Positions 25,401-39,697 of a DNA stretch of 64,000 nt are shown piece by piece. The stretch comes from the human T2T-CHM13v2.0 reference genome, Homo sapiens. Location: the NCBI RefSeq assembly GCF_009914755.1, contig NC_060929.1. The stretch is one strand, 5' to 3'. The first letter of the stretch is position 1; every line of letters starts with the position of its first letter. The translations under genes were made by a program, and so were the position numbers. The notes under the pieces were generated by a model. It was not told the origin of the DNA, ran no database searches, and worked only from the letters and a program-made list of their open reading frames with translations.

Positions 25401-27632
25401 AGTATTCCACTCTCTGCAAATTTGGTCTTTCTGACATTTGTCTGAATTATAGAAGGAGAAGGAGGCTTTACATAATAGTTGAAAATTACTGTTCATGTAA
25501 TACAGAGTTCTGAACTTCAACCAGAAGCAAGTCTACAGCAGATGAAAACATTTGTAATGAGGGAATTAGCTGTGGATAACTTTCGGATAGGATGTTATAA
25601 GTTTAGCATTTGTATTAAAATCCATTATTATATGCATAATTAAGTTTCAGGAAGAAAATCTGGCTGAATAGTAAACAATTACTATTTTCAAACAGTTCTT
25701 CAGCAGTTAGTTACCACTGGCTTCTAGAATTTAACTGTTGTTTTTTTTAATATATCAAACTAGCATGTGGGTTGAGACACAACATCACATTACAAATGGG
25801 TAGTCCCTTCACTTGTAGATCAATCAGTAATAATATAGATACTGATTTTTACAGTTTGTAAAATTATTGTCATTTCTTTCTCTTATTATCTGTATTCTCA
25901 GAAACAAAGAGTATAAACAAAGAGAAAGGGCATGATGTATTTTTGATAGGCTACCATCTCAAATTTTCATTTCAATGTTTATTTGGAGAAACACTTTTAT
26001 CTAAAATGGACCTTTTCCATTTTACAATTGCACTTGCTCTCAGAATGAGAACTGCACCTTCCAGGAGAGATTTCAATCTGACTCCAAAGCCTTGACCCTC
26101 ACAAACAGTGTTGTTTGTAATGGCCCCTGGTTAGAAACTCTCAGCCTAACAAGCATGCAGCATAGCCCCTGAAGTCTCTCCTCCTATCTGCATAAATTGG
26201 GGATGTAGAACTCCTGCATATCCAGCCTCACTTACTCATAAAATGCTGGGAATCATTCCAAATTGCTCTTCCAGAGGAGGGTTTGTTTTTAAAATTATTT
26301 CAGATAGAGATGTTTCAAATTCTACATAAATGCATAATATTATTTCTGATTGTGCTTTCTTGGTATTTCTCTTCCTGTAACACCTACTTAGCCATTCTCC
26401 AGGGACCACTTCAAGGACTTTTGTAATCCATATAGCTTTCCTAAGCTGTTCTAACTTTCAGCAATCCCAACCACATCACTGACCGAGTTTGTAATGACTC
26501 ACCAGACAATGTGTTGGGTCCTCTAGTAATACTTTGTTAATTCCAAGTTATCCTTGCTGCTGTTGTTTCTCCGTGTGTGTTTCTATCTGCGCTCTCCAGT
26601 TAAGCTGTAATCAACTTAACCACTGGGCTTTGTCTTATACTCTACTTCTCACAACCCTTGCCTCTTAAATTGGTTAATGTATGTTTGATGACTAATTGTA
26701 CACATAATAGCTACTTGATAAATGTTCTTAAGAAAGGGACAAATTAAGTATTTTCCCTGATAATCCTCTATACCAGGCATCGCTGTGGAAAGCTGCACAG
26801 TTGGGAAAGCGTCATTTCAAAAACAGGAAAAATCACCTGTAAATTATTTCAGGGATTTGACTTTGACATTATGTTGACATAAAAGAGGCTTAAGAACAGC
26901 TATTAGAAAATAGAAACAGATAAATGAATGAGTGAATGGCATACCTAAATGGCATGAAATGTGAAAATGATACAAAATGTTAAGGTAATCCTTTTTTCTT
27001 CTCTAATTAATCTCCACTGGGTATGGGGAATAGGGAAGAACTGGGGTATTTGTAACAGGCAAACATTCCTGATTCTTGCCCTACTAAAGGTAGGGACATT
27101 AGGAGAAAGGATCATCTACTTGGAAAATAAACTGGCATTGCTAAGTCTAAATGATTGAGTCAAGTGCAAATTTTATAGGCCAAATAGAATTTTCACAAGT
27201 CCATTGACTGTTGAAAACTACTTGTACCCTGGCTCAAAGGACATTTTCTTGCTGTCTGTAGTAAGCGGTCTGTAAACTGTGTTTAGGACCTGAACCGAAT
27301 GCTGGCCTTTCACTTCTCAAACTATAGCTTAGTAATCCCAGCTCAGAAGTCCCTCCATACACAATTTAGTAAAATTAACATCAGAGCATAACCATGCTTT
27401 GTTCCCTCCAGAAGTAAAATGTGAAGTTTCTTCCCATTGGAAGTCTATTTATTATTAGTTTCAGATGTTGTGACACCGTTTTCATCCAAATGTTAGAGAA
27501 CAGAAAGAAGCCTTTTTTAAAAGCGTAACTTTCATTATTCATCTAGGTTTTTTTCAGGGTCCTTGAGAAATGCTAAGATTATGCCTTGTGTTTGAGAAGT
27601 AGAAAAGGAAAAAGGGAGGAAAACCACCTAGA

Positions 27633-27793
27633 GAAGTGCTTCTCAAACTTTAAGGCACACATGAATCACCTGGGGACCTTGCAGATTCTGATTCTGAAGG
27701 TCAGAGGTGGGGCCTGACATCCTGCATTTCTAACGAGCTTCCAGGGGATGCTGATGCTGCTGGCCCACAGACCATACTACCTAGAGCAGCAAG
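27633..27793. mobile_element. MER5A1 (hAT-Charlie MITE)
   Basis: agtgcttctcaaacttt...gaatcacctgggga...ctgcatttctaacgagcttccaggggatgctgatgctgctgg. Confidence 0.85.
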
Positions 27794-27812
27794 CTTTATA
27801 GGCCATAGAGGA

Positions 27813-27814
<2 letters not shown>

Positions 27815-27847
<33 letters not shown>
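27815..27847. repeat. Poly(T)33
   Basis: Uninterrupted T run with no adjacent Alu or L1 body. Confidence 0.95.
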
Positions 27848-27849
<2 letters not shown>

Positions 27850-29324
27850 ATGGAGCACAGATTACTGCTCTACTCTAGGTTACAATTCCAAGGAAATAAT
27901 GACTAAAGAAAAATACTGCTGTTTCAACATTTCTGAGTCATTTAGTAAGAATGGAAGGTTAACATTAGCAATTTAACATTTCAAATGTGGTGGGAGTATT
28001 TATTGATGTACTAATTTGCATTTTGTTCCTGCCAAATCTTTTTACTCTGTTGGCTCCAGGGAGTTTGAAAGTCTAGGACAGAATTTTTCTTCCTAGGTTT
28101 GTTTACATATTGTGGAAAAGAAGTGAGCATCTTTGGAGTTAAGGAGAGTTAAGACCCAAGGAGAAGAAAGAAAAAGACTATGAAAGATTTTTAAAATGTT
28201 TATCCCTGTGTAAGATCTCCAAAGCCCCTCCCTTGACCCAGTAGTAGCAAATGGAGCCACAGTGATGGCTGAAATTGAATATCCCACTAACTTGGTAAAA
28301 GTTGGGCAGGCTCACAGTCAGACTTAAATCATTTTAGAGAAGTACAATAATGTGGCATTCCTTGCACCCTGGTGATATGCAGAAAATACATACCTGCTTC
28401 CGACGAAATTTAAACATGGACTGTTAACAAGAATGTACCCTTAAAGTTTTGTAAACTCTACAGCAAAGAAAAAAAAAACTGCTACAGAAAAAATAAGGAT
28501 TTTTTTTCTAGCTTTACCAGCGACCTATACTTTCATTTCTTCATGTTACTAATTACAGAAACTTTCAGCAGAAATGTATCACTCTTGGGCATCAGTTAGT
28601 TCTAAACATTTTAGCTCTTAGGAGCCTCTGATGACATCTGTTCTGTTGTTAGTTTTGCTCCCTGACTAGATTGTAACTTCTAAGCTCAGGAATCATGTCT
28701 GCAACTACTTTTCTTTAGTCCTAACCTAACCAAGAGCTAGGCATTTAGGAAATGCTCACTATAAATGTATTGACAAATGATTATGTATAATTAGCTCTTC
28801 ATCACAATATTTTTCATCATCAAGAAATAGATTTAAAGGAGATATTTTCAAACAGTATGGATGTATCATCCCCTTTATGTATGTGTCTGGTTGTGAATAG
28901 TCAGCACATATTATGGTTAAACTCAAGAAACAAGGGAGGTTATTTTCTAAGCCTGCATCATAGCAGTAGAAATTTGGAAAAAAACAAAAAACAAAAAAAA
29001 AACATAGAATTAATTGAGTTGTAATCAAAGAAAATTATGTGACTATAAATTGTAATATTTCTAAAATATACCCACATATGCCAATCTATTGTAAGAAAAT
29101 GTTCGCAGAGGGAAAACAATGGAAATTCCTAGAAGCTTTAGATAGATTCTAATGATTGGAAATAAGTATTACAAATGGTCCACATTTTAATGTGACTTCT
29201 AGAATTTTTTAGAAGTCATAGTATCCTTTCACGCTCTTATGCTGCTTGCTTACAACATACACTTGGGTCACGTTTTTCTGTTAGGAAATATCATACTAAT
29301 GATTTGTGAACATATTTACCACTT

Positions 29325-30290
29325 GGGGATCTTGGTGGCCATGATAAGGAATTTGGACTTTATTCTGATTACATGGGAAGCCACTAGAGAATTTTAGCCA
29401 GTGAGGTAGCATGATCTTACTTATGCCTTAAAAAGGTTAATTGTTTTGGTAGTTAATTGAAGGAAGGCAAAAGTGGAAGTAGGAAGACTAGTTAGGAAAC
29501 TATTTGATTGTTCGGGAAAAAGGTGCTGGATGCATGGGCTATAATAATAGCAAAGGAGATGGAGAGAAGTGAATGGATTGAGATGGAACTGAAAGAACTT
29601 GTTGATGGTTAAATGAGTTGGAAGGAGTTAGAGAAAGCAAAGTGACAAAGATGACTCAGAAGTGTTTGGCTTAAGTACCTGAGTGGATGGTGAAACAATT
29701 TTCAGACATAGAGAAGAATTTAGGAAGAACAGTTTTTTTCAGACATTGCTCGAGAGTTCTGTGTTAGGATTGAGATACCTATTAGATACCAACTGAAGAT
29801 ACTGAAGAGGCTGAGTAGAGTCTGAAGTTCAATGGAGAGGCTCAGACTAAGATAGAAATTTGGAACCATCAATGTGTAGATGATATTTAAAGCCATGAGA
29901 CTCGATGAGATTCCCTTTGCAGGGGAAAAAAAAAAAAAGCTAGAATATTGGAGGGAAGAGTTTTGTAACAGGACAATATTTATGGGTCGGGCAGAGGAAA
30001 AGAAGCCAGTAAAGGAGACCAAGAAAGAACAGTCGGTGAGCTAGAAGGGACACCAAGTGGCTCAGGCATCCTCAAAGCTAAGCAAAGAGCATATTTTTAA
30101 AAGACAGTAATGTACTGGGTCAAATGCCTCTGAGAAGTTAAGTAATATAAGAAATAAGAAGGGACTATTGAATTTGATATGAACAGGTTTAGTGGAATGG
30201 AAGGATTAGAAGTAAAACCAAAGTAGATTCAGAAGAGGAGAAATTAGGAAGTAGAGACAGCCATTCAGACAAGGACTTAAAAGATCCAGG
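29325..30290 (-). mobile_element. L2a fragment
   Basis: ggccatgataaggaatttggactttattct...gatgactcagaagtgtttggcttaag...ttgagatacctattagata. Confidence 0.8.
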
Positions 30291-30627
30291 AATGGAAAGG
30301 AAATTCCTGGGAGCGCAACCCCTAAGAAGCCAAAAATAGAGTATGCTTTCCATGTAGGTTTTTAATTCTTTTTTGGTGGTGTTCTTTAGAAAGAGAAATG
30401 TCTGTTGGGATTATTGTTTGAAATGGTGTTGGGGGCCCAACCATTTCTGGCTTCTATAGATCCCCTTTTTGTACATGCTCATTCCCTTAAAAAAAAAAAA
30501 GAAGAAGAAGACTAGATTTTCTAATTTAGGGCAAGGGGCTAATAGCAAACCAAACTCATTTGTAATCTAAATGGTCACATATTATTTTGGTTGCTCTTCA
30601 GTGGCACTAGCTGCTGCTAGGAAGTTC

Positions 30628-30632
<5 letters not shown>

Positions 30633-30671
<39 letters not shown>
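30633..30671. repeat. (AC)19 microsatellite
   Basis: Perfect dinucleotide run. Confidence 0.98.
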
Positions 30672-30672
<1 letters not shown>

Positions 30673-32459
30673 CATTTGCTGCAGATCCTAAACTTGAAGC
30701 CCTGGATCTTCCTTACATCATTTACCCAGAAGTATCTTTGTCAACCTTCTTAACTTACATCCACCAGAAAGTAGAACAAGGCAGAAGTTGTGTGGGAGTT
30801 CTGTTCCTCCCCATTTCCCCCCTCACCTGCTGGCGTCAGCACAATAAATACTGTGTTCAGAACTTGGCTAACTGCTTCTTTTCCCACATTCGATCAGGGA
30901 ATACTTAAAGCCATACAGTGTCCTTGTTCTGCCAAAAAGCATATGGGGCAGGTTGCCCCTTCAGGCTGACACAAAGACACACTGTGCAAGACATCTATGG
31001 CCAGTGGAGTGGCCGTGTATGGGTTATCAATGAGACTTTTGACTTTTTTCTTTATGTCATATTGTCATCACATTAAATAGAATTCAAACAAGGAAACAAA
31101 ATTTATATTCTAGACTTTTAAGGCATTGCCTGCCCTATAGCTATGAAACTTTTCTTTTTCATACCTGGTATAATTTTCCACTTTAAACAATGTTGTGTGA
31201 TTTGATTACCGTTTTGACTCTCATTTAATTGTCCATTTTAAAAATTTTAACTGAAGTTAGATTTAGATTTAAAGTTCAATACCCATAAAGGATACTTCTC
31301 AATAGAGCCGAGAACTTCAGAAGGCACAACAAAAAAAGGGCAAAGTTCAAAAAACTAAGCATCAGGTAGCTACTTTTTACTGCCCAGGGACATGTCTAGG
31401 TAAACTGTCACCATATCCATCTACATTTGCTTGCTAGTAGAGCTTCCATTTTCTACTGCAAAATAGTTTCTGGAACCACTTCCATGTTGGCCAAAAGAGA
31501 GTGTCAACAATTCCTTTCCAAAATTGACCTTTAGAAAGTGAATCTAAAATGTTTGATTCAAGTATGTGAGGGGAGCTGCATCAAAGTTTTCATTTTTACT
31601 ACATACAAAAGTGACAGATAAATCCGTAAAATGTATGCATTTTTCTGCTAAGACTGCTAATTAATTTAAAAAGAGATTGTTAGAATAAAAGGTCAGAGAG
31701 TAAACATATTACAGATATTTATTGACAGCCTGCTGTGTGCAGAGTTGGAAAAAATAAAATGAGGTTGCTCCTTTCAACAGACTTACAATCTAATTGAGGG
31801 AGCGACAGCATAAATGTATGCAAAGCAAATAATGCAAGATACAGCATAAGACATAATTAACTATCAGATGAGTGACATATATAATAAATACCATTAATTC
31901 ACAGGCAATCGTAATCAGAAGCACTTAACTTACTATGTGCCAGGCATTCTGCTCAGTACTTCACATACATTATTTCATTTTTTTGAAATATTATTTCTAC
32001 TTTATAGATGGGAATTGGCTCTGATCTTCCCCCTATTCTGGAGAAAGCAAGGATAATGGTGTAAGGTAGACAAAGACCCAAGCAGACATGTTGGTCTGGG
32101 GCAAAGGTCCATTTAAGGGAATGGAGAGAAATGAACCCTGGGGCCAGCATTAGTCTGTTTACAACCATATCCCAGTGCCTAGTATAGTGCCTTGCACATA
32201 ATAAGTGCTCAATAATATGTCTTGAAAAAACAAATGGCCCTCTGGTCTGTGCCTGTAATCCAGATCAAGTACCATGGAATAAAGTTAATTAGTGAATTAA
32301 AGCCACATACCACATAGCTTAAGGACCCATCCCCAAGACCTCCCAATTCCCAACTATGACAATAAAGGATTGCAGTGGAAAAGATACATCATAAGGGGAA
32401 TAGCAATAGCAATTCCAGCTCACTGGGGTCTATTTCATGGAATCTGACATGGTGAACAG

Positions 32460-32860
32460 TTCATAAGTTTATTTCCAGGCTGCAAGACCCTGCAACATCT
32501 GGCCTCTTGCACCTCCACAACCTCAAATCCTTCTATTCTTCTCTCACTCTCTCTACTCCTGCCACACATACCTCCCTTCTACTCCTCAAACCCATTTCAG
32601 GGCCTATATTCTTGCTTCATATTGCCTGGAATGTTCTTCCACAAAACATCTGTGTGGCTCATTACCATACCTTCAGATCTATAACAGCCACTCTCCCCAC
32701 ATCTTCCCAGCTGCCTGACATTATAATACACATCTATTTCCTTATGTGTTCATCCCCGTACACACTAGAACATGGGCCCAGGAAGGCAGAATTCCATCTG
32801 CTGTTTTTGCCATTGAATGCCCAGCAACTAGGACAGTGCCTGGCACATTGTAAGTACTCA
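32460..32860 (+). mobile_element. L2 3' fragment
   Basis: tgcctggaatgttcttcc...ctaggacagtgcctggcacattgtaagtactca. Confidence 0.7.
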
Positions 32861-33899
32861 CACACAGCAACTCTAACTCAGGATTACTTTTTCTAGCTCT
32901 GAAATACCTACTTCCAAGAGAACGAAATTTATTCAAGAAATGTTGGATGGAAATTGAAGAGTGAGCTTGGAAACGAGACACAGAGTGGCAGGAGCCCAGA
33001 CCAACCTGTTTATGAAAGATGCCTTTGCCCATAGAGGGAAAAATACACCTTAAAACCTCTGCCAAAGTATATGCTTTCTTAGGACACCTCTGACATGCTG
33101 AATTGCACCTGGTCTGAACAAGATCTATGAATTTGCCAAAACAACTAATTCCTGTGATTTAAGAGTCACTACTACCAGTATCAGCCTAGTAAACAAGTAC
33201 CAAGCAACGAGCACCACATATGTCAGTATCCAAAGACAAACATGCTGCTGCATGCAAAACCAGACAAATGCATTCACGCGGGTGACAGTGAGTGAGAGAA
33301 ATTAATCTTATTTTTATTATTTTTTCCCTTATCAAACACTAGCAAGGGACTAGATGTCATAAATCTAGTTAAAATATGTTGACTTTGCCTCAAATTTGAG
33401 CATTCATGGTTCCAAAAGGACACTTGTTATAGGATCTGATGATGTACTTTAGAATCTTCTTTTGTGCAAATTGAGACTTCAGAGAACTCAAAATATATGG
33501 TAAATTCAAAGTAATATTATAAGTAAAATCATAATGCCTCACAACATTTTTTGAAAGTTAAATATTTAGTAATTTTACAAATATGTATTGAGCACTCCCT
33601 ATATTTAAGGAACTATGCTAATGCTGTGATGGATCAAAAGGAGAATAAGCCATGATCCTTACCTTCAGACTTCAAGCTTATTATTCATTGGGCAGTTAGA
33701 TAACTAACATATCAGACATGGAATAATAAGTGCCATTGTCCAGATATTAAAAACAAAATTGGTGTTGTGGAAGCAAAAAGAATGTAGAGATGGATCCCAA
33801 CTAGGAGAAAGAAAAATTGCTTCCTAAAGAAGACACAGATTGACCATGAAAGGTGGATGGTTCTACACAGGACTAGAAGGTAGGAATTCTTCATTTGTT

Positions 33900-34011
33900 G
33901 GACTTGCTAATTTTTTTTGGTGTAAATATACCCACTGTTGTTGATTTAAAGTTGATAACGTGATGCAACTGAACACAGAACTGGGAAGAGAAGGTGGCTC
34001 CAGCACGCTAC
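33900..34011. mobile_element. MER63A-like fragment
   Basis: ggtgtaaatataccca...actgaacacagaactgggaagaga...ggctccagcac. Confidence 0.6.
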
Positions 34012-36309
34012 CTATGAGTCACCAGCTGAGCTCCAGACTTAATTAAATCAACCTCCTCACTACTATTTTGAATGAGTGAATTCACAAGTCTTAAAAAGAT
34101 CTATGATAACATTATAAGGGAAGAGATAGTCACTTCTGTCATTCTCCCTTACATCTCCATCTCACCTTCCAATATTCTGTTTGAATATCCTTCCAATTTC
34201 AGTCATATGTTCCTGGCTGGCCTACCTAGGATTAATATTGGCCCAGTGCCAAAATGTGATTCTATTTATTCCTTTTAGCATTGCTGTGATTAATCTGCGC
34301 TCCTGTTATCCCATGGCATAGCAAACTCTCTTACTGATTATGGCCTGGTATTGACACCTCTGCTGTTCTCCATAACGAAAAGCAGCTTTTGGGGTGGCTA
34401 GCTGGGCAGGATGTTTTGCTGCTCTTGTAACAGTAGGAAGGAAAAGCTGGAGGAATTACTGGGAAGCTTTGCAGAAGGAAGATACAGGCCAGCTGAGAGC
34501 CAGCATTCATATTGCCTGTTCCTTTCAGTATTCTTTGTGAAAACACCACCACCAATGTGTTCCCTGGACGTCACTACTGCACCTTTAACTGGCCTTATTA
34601 TGCTAGGGACTGCATTTGAAAAGCCAAACTCTAGTATCTGTCTGTAATTGCAAGCGGATATCTCAGCACATGCACAAGCTTATGTCAGGAGGATGTTTAT
34701 GAAAAACTCACCAAGCAGAACACTGCTAGACAGGAAATAAATATGTGAAGCTTGAAGTTGTTAGGAAACTTCCACATTTGTCCCTCTAAGCCAGAGATAG
34801 GACCTGTGAGAAAAGAAGGTCTTTATCATTGCGCATTGATTCTTGCTGAACCCCTGCTATTCTCAAAATACATTTACAGCAAAATGTGGCTACTGCAGAT
34901 GTATTTAAACATGTGCTTTTTTAAATGACACTGGTTTATCTTCCAAGTTTGTTATCTACTATTTTACTGTAAAGCATTAAAAAGTGTTTGAAACCACCAG
35001 CACCATTTCACAGTTCCTGTTTTATTTGTTTAAATTCTCTAGCTCATGTAATATGCTGTATGATTTACTGTTCAAGTAGAGAAGAAATACACTCCCTCAT
35101 GGAGATGTGGGGAGGTAATACTGTCTCTTGGAAGGGCTCAGAGATTTCCTGTTTAGATTACACAGGCTTCTTTAGAGCTGCCAAGAGTCATAACATGTAC
35201 GAGATAATACACTTTGGTTCAGGAAAAACTATGGATAGGAATGTAATTAATTCACTGAGCCACAAAAGATATTCCAGCTTAGAAATGTCACTGCACTCAG
35301 GCCTGGTGGACTCAGTATGCCAAGGGGTAGCCATGACCAAAAAGAGGATTGCTGCCTGAGGACCCACTGAGTAGTATCCAACCACAGAGCAAAAGGAGGG
35401 GGCCTGGCTGCTAAGGACATCACACGTCTCACCTGCTTCTTTGAGAATTGATCCCTGAAGGGTATTTCTGCCCAAAGCCTCAGCAACCTGGCTTCATCAA
35501 TATAACTTTGTGATGCTTGTGACATTGAGATCAATCAATCAGCATGTACTTTATCAAGTGCCTCCTCATGAGTACCAATTGTGGCACATAGTGGGGAAAC
35601 CCTAGAGGCAGAGCCCTGCAGAGGATATGGTGATTCTGACCAGAGCAAGAAGGTATAGTGAAAAGTTTCCTAAATATATTTTGTGTCTTGTCATAAGAAT
35701 CACCTGGCAGGGAGGGGTATGGAAGGGCAAGGTAAGCATACACATTCCCAGGACCTTTCCAAAATGTAGAGTGACCAGGGACTTAGAGATTCAGACTCTA
35801 TCAATCTGGGGCAGGGCCCTAGACTTGGTATATTTAATAACTGCTGTGTGAGGCCCTTTACATGCATGACCTCCTGTAATTGTATAGCTTGGTTGCTGTA
35901 TATGGTACTATGTTTACTTGTGTTTGCACTGTCTATTCAGGGGTGTTTCTAAATGCCATTGCTACACAACTGGTGAATTATGATTCTTGCCAGAACATTG
36001 ATTCTCCTACTCTTGCTTCCTTAATGACACACTAGAGAACTGGGATTGGCTGCATTTAGTCTCAGGATGAATCATTGCCATAAGTAGATTTCCATCCCCT
36101 ACTCCACCAACTCATTTGCCAAACACCCTTAAAGAACAGAACCCACTGCCTACATGCAGCCTGCACCAGGAGGGCCTAAATGGTCTAGCTGGGTTTATGA
36201 CAACATCCCGTCTTCACATCAGCAAAACCCTAAGTGCACAAAGTCTAATGTAAACACAATGTCAAGTTCTCCATAGGAAAAGACATGTCCCTGCTGTCAA
36301 GGTAGTGAC

Positions 36310-36580
36310 TAGCAATAATAATAATGACAAAAACAATAACAATGATAAGCATATATAACACTTACTTATCACTAATTATATTGTAAACGAAATGATTTGC
36401 ATGTACTAACTGATTTAAATCTTATATATATATAGATACTTTTACTCTCTCAATTTTAAACACAGAGAAACCAAGACCTAGATACGTGTTTCTGTTGAGA
36501 AGTTGAGTACAAGGTTGAGTGTAAGTAGGGAAAGTTCAACTGCAGTCAGTTCTAGTCTTGGTAAGTACACTGTGAGGCGC
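36310..36580 (-). mobile_element. MIR
   Basis: tttgcatgtactaactgatttaaatctt...caattttaaacacagagaaaccaagacctaga. Confidence 0.55.
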
Positions 36581-37734
36581 TCCACCCCAAGCATAGCAAA
36601 TTAATGGTTCCCCAGTGTTTGCAGAATCAAAATTAAGTTCTTTGGCTAGGTTCTCCCTGATGTGCCCCTGCTTCTTCCCTAATTCAACACATCCCCAGCT
36701 CCATCCATGCATTCCCAACACATCACAGCTCTTTACATGCCCAGGCTGTGTCTTCTGCACCTTTGTACCTTCTGCACCTTTGTTTCCTTGGCCCCAACTG
36801 CCCTTTCTTTTCCTCCACATTACCCTTTATCCCAAATTTAGCACCTGTCTCAAGGAGTCACCTTCCCAAGGAAGTTTCTCCAAATTTGTTAACAGATATT
36901 CCATTGTTCCTCCAATGCTTGACCACTCTTCCTTTATAGATCCCTGCCTAGAAAAATGTGGGCTCACTGAGGCCAGGGGCTGCAGCTAGTTTATTTTATA
37001 ACCCAGCATTTAAAAGTGCCTATTTATTGATTTGTTGGGAATAGTTAATAAATGGAGTCCTTGCAGATCATAACCAAGACCACAGTTCGTAATGGTTTCA
37101 TTAACTTTGTTACTATTGGATGTGATTCTCTGCTTATGGTCTTCCTTTACTTGTTTTTCCCTTACTGCTCAGCACCTCTAGACATTAGGTACATGGCTCT
37201 GATGCTAATTAAAATTGATGACTGAGAATGACACTTCCATTTGCTAAGCCAGCGCAGTTTTGTTCATTGTGCTTTACTTTCTAACCAGCACCCTTAGCAT
37301 AAATCTGTAGTCTTTCCATGAGGGTACCATTTGTTCCTTTTATGTCTCGATTCATTACATATTTTCAGGACTGTTAGCTGACTAAGACTTTTTGCTTTGT
37401 GAAAATGTCACCAAATGCACGATAAAGGCAAAGTCACAAGATGTCTGTTTGCAAAAAGAATTAAATGCTGGTTTGTGAAGATTCAAGGCTGGCCAGGGCT
37501 CCCCAAGCATTTCCAGGCCAGAGCTTTGGCTCTGCACTCTCCTTAGGATCTCATAACTGACCCCCACATTCCATTTCTGCCATCGTGGAAAAATTTGTCA
37601 ACTTTACTGCTGATGTTAGGCCTGGAAATTGTCATCCATTAGTTTTCTCAGATTCAAGCTGAAAATTGAGACAAACTTCCTACGTAATTTTGACCAAAAT
37701 AACACATATGTTTATGTGCTATCCCATGATTAAC

Positions 37735-37910
37735 ATATTTTTAAAACCACTTTATTGAGGTATGGTTGGCATACAAAAATCTGTGCATATTTAATGTATA
37801 CAGCTTCATGAATTTGGAGATAAGTATACATCCATGAAATTATTACTGCATGTATGCCATAAACCTATCACCTACAAAAATTTCCTTTCACTTTATTTGT
37901 TATTATTTTG
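37735..37910 (-). mobile_element. L1MB-type 3' end fragment
   Basis: ctttattgaggtatggttggcatacaaaaatctgtgcatatttaatgtatacagcttcatgaatttggagataagtatacatcc. Confidence 0.8.
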
Positions 37911-38349
37911 ATTAACTTAATTTTTTTCTTCCTTTGAACTACCAAAACTTTCTCAAGTAATACATAGTTGTCAGTTATACAAACTTACTGAACCTTGACC
38001 AAAGGTCCTCTTTTAGTGCTCATCTTAGAGAAAGAATTAATGAAACAAAGTGTTCTCTGATTTGTAGCAAAGATCTGTGATGGTGGTGGGAATGGTTCTA
38101 GAAAATAATGGTAATAATAAAAACTTAGAGTATCAAAGCAGCAAGTAGATTTGAAGGAATTGTTACAATGCAATTTTGCTTTCCCGCCACTTTAAAATCA
38201 AGGTGTAGTACTTTATTTACTTTAGGAAAATGTTTGCTTTTTGTCATAATTCCTTATTGCATATGAGAGTAAATGATCTATAGATGAAGATAATAATAAA
38301 ATTTAGAGAGAGAATAAAAAAGAAACACTTTCACAGCTGAAAGGCTGCT

Positions 38350-38470
38350 TCCCAGTTAGCTAACTGGGAGGAGTTACTGAAAAAGTACATTGAAAAGCGG
38401 CTCAGGGGCAGGTGAATTGGACTCACCAGGCTCTGACATTCAGAGAGATGGGAATGAGTCAGCTCACTGT
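38350..38470. promoter_or_regulatory. Candidate regulatory element: 20-bp palindrome plus AP-1 site
   Basis: tcccagttagctaactggga 38350-38369; TGAGTCA 38455-38461. Confidence 0.35.
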
Positions 38471-38672
38471 CCAGCACATCTTTATTTTATTTCTCTTTCT
38501 TGTTTTATATCAGAAATAGATTTCTTGGCATTGTTACTGTGGGTTTCTATTAAGGACTGAAACAAAAGTATTAATAATCTGAGAGTATGTAAAAAAAAAA
38601 ATTCATTTTCTCCTACTATACTCTCATAACACAGAATATTTTGGTGACCAGAGATCACCAAAATGTGTGTGG

Positions 38673-39697
<1,025 letters not shown>

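Noticed and set aside
36160-36180. CTCF-like motif (also near 3140 and 45875)
   Set aside because: Several mismatches in the core consensus.
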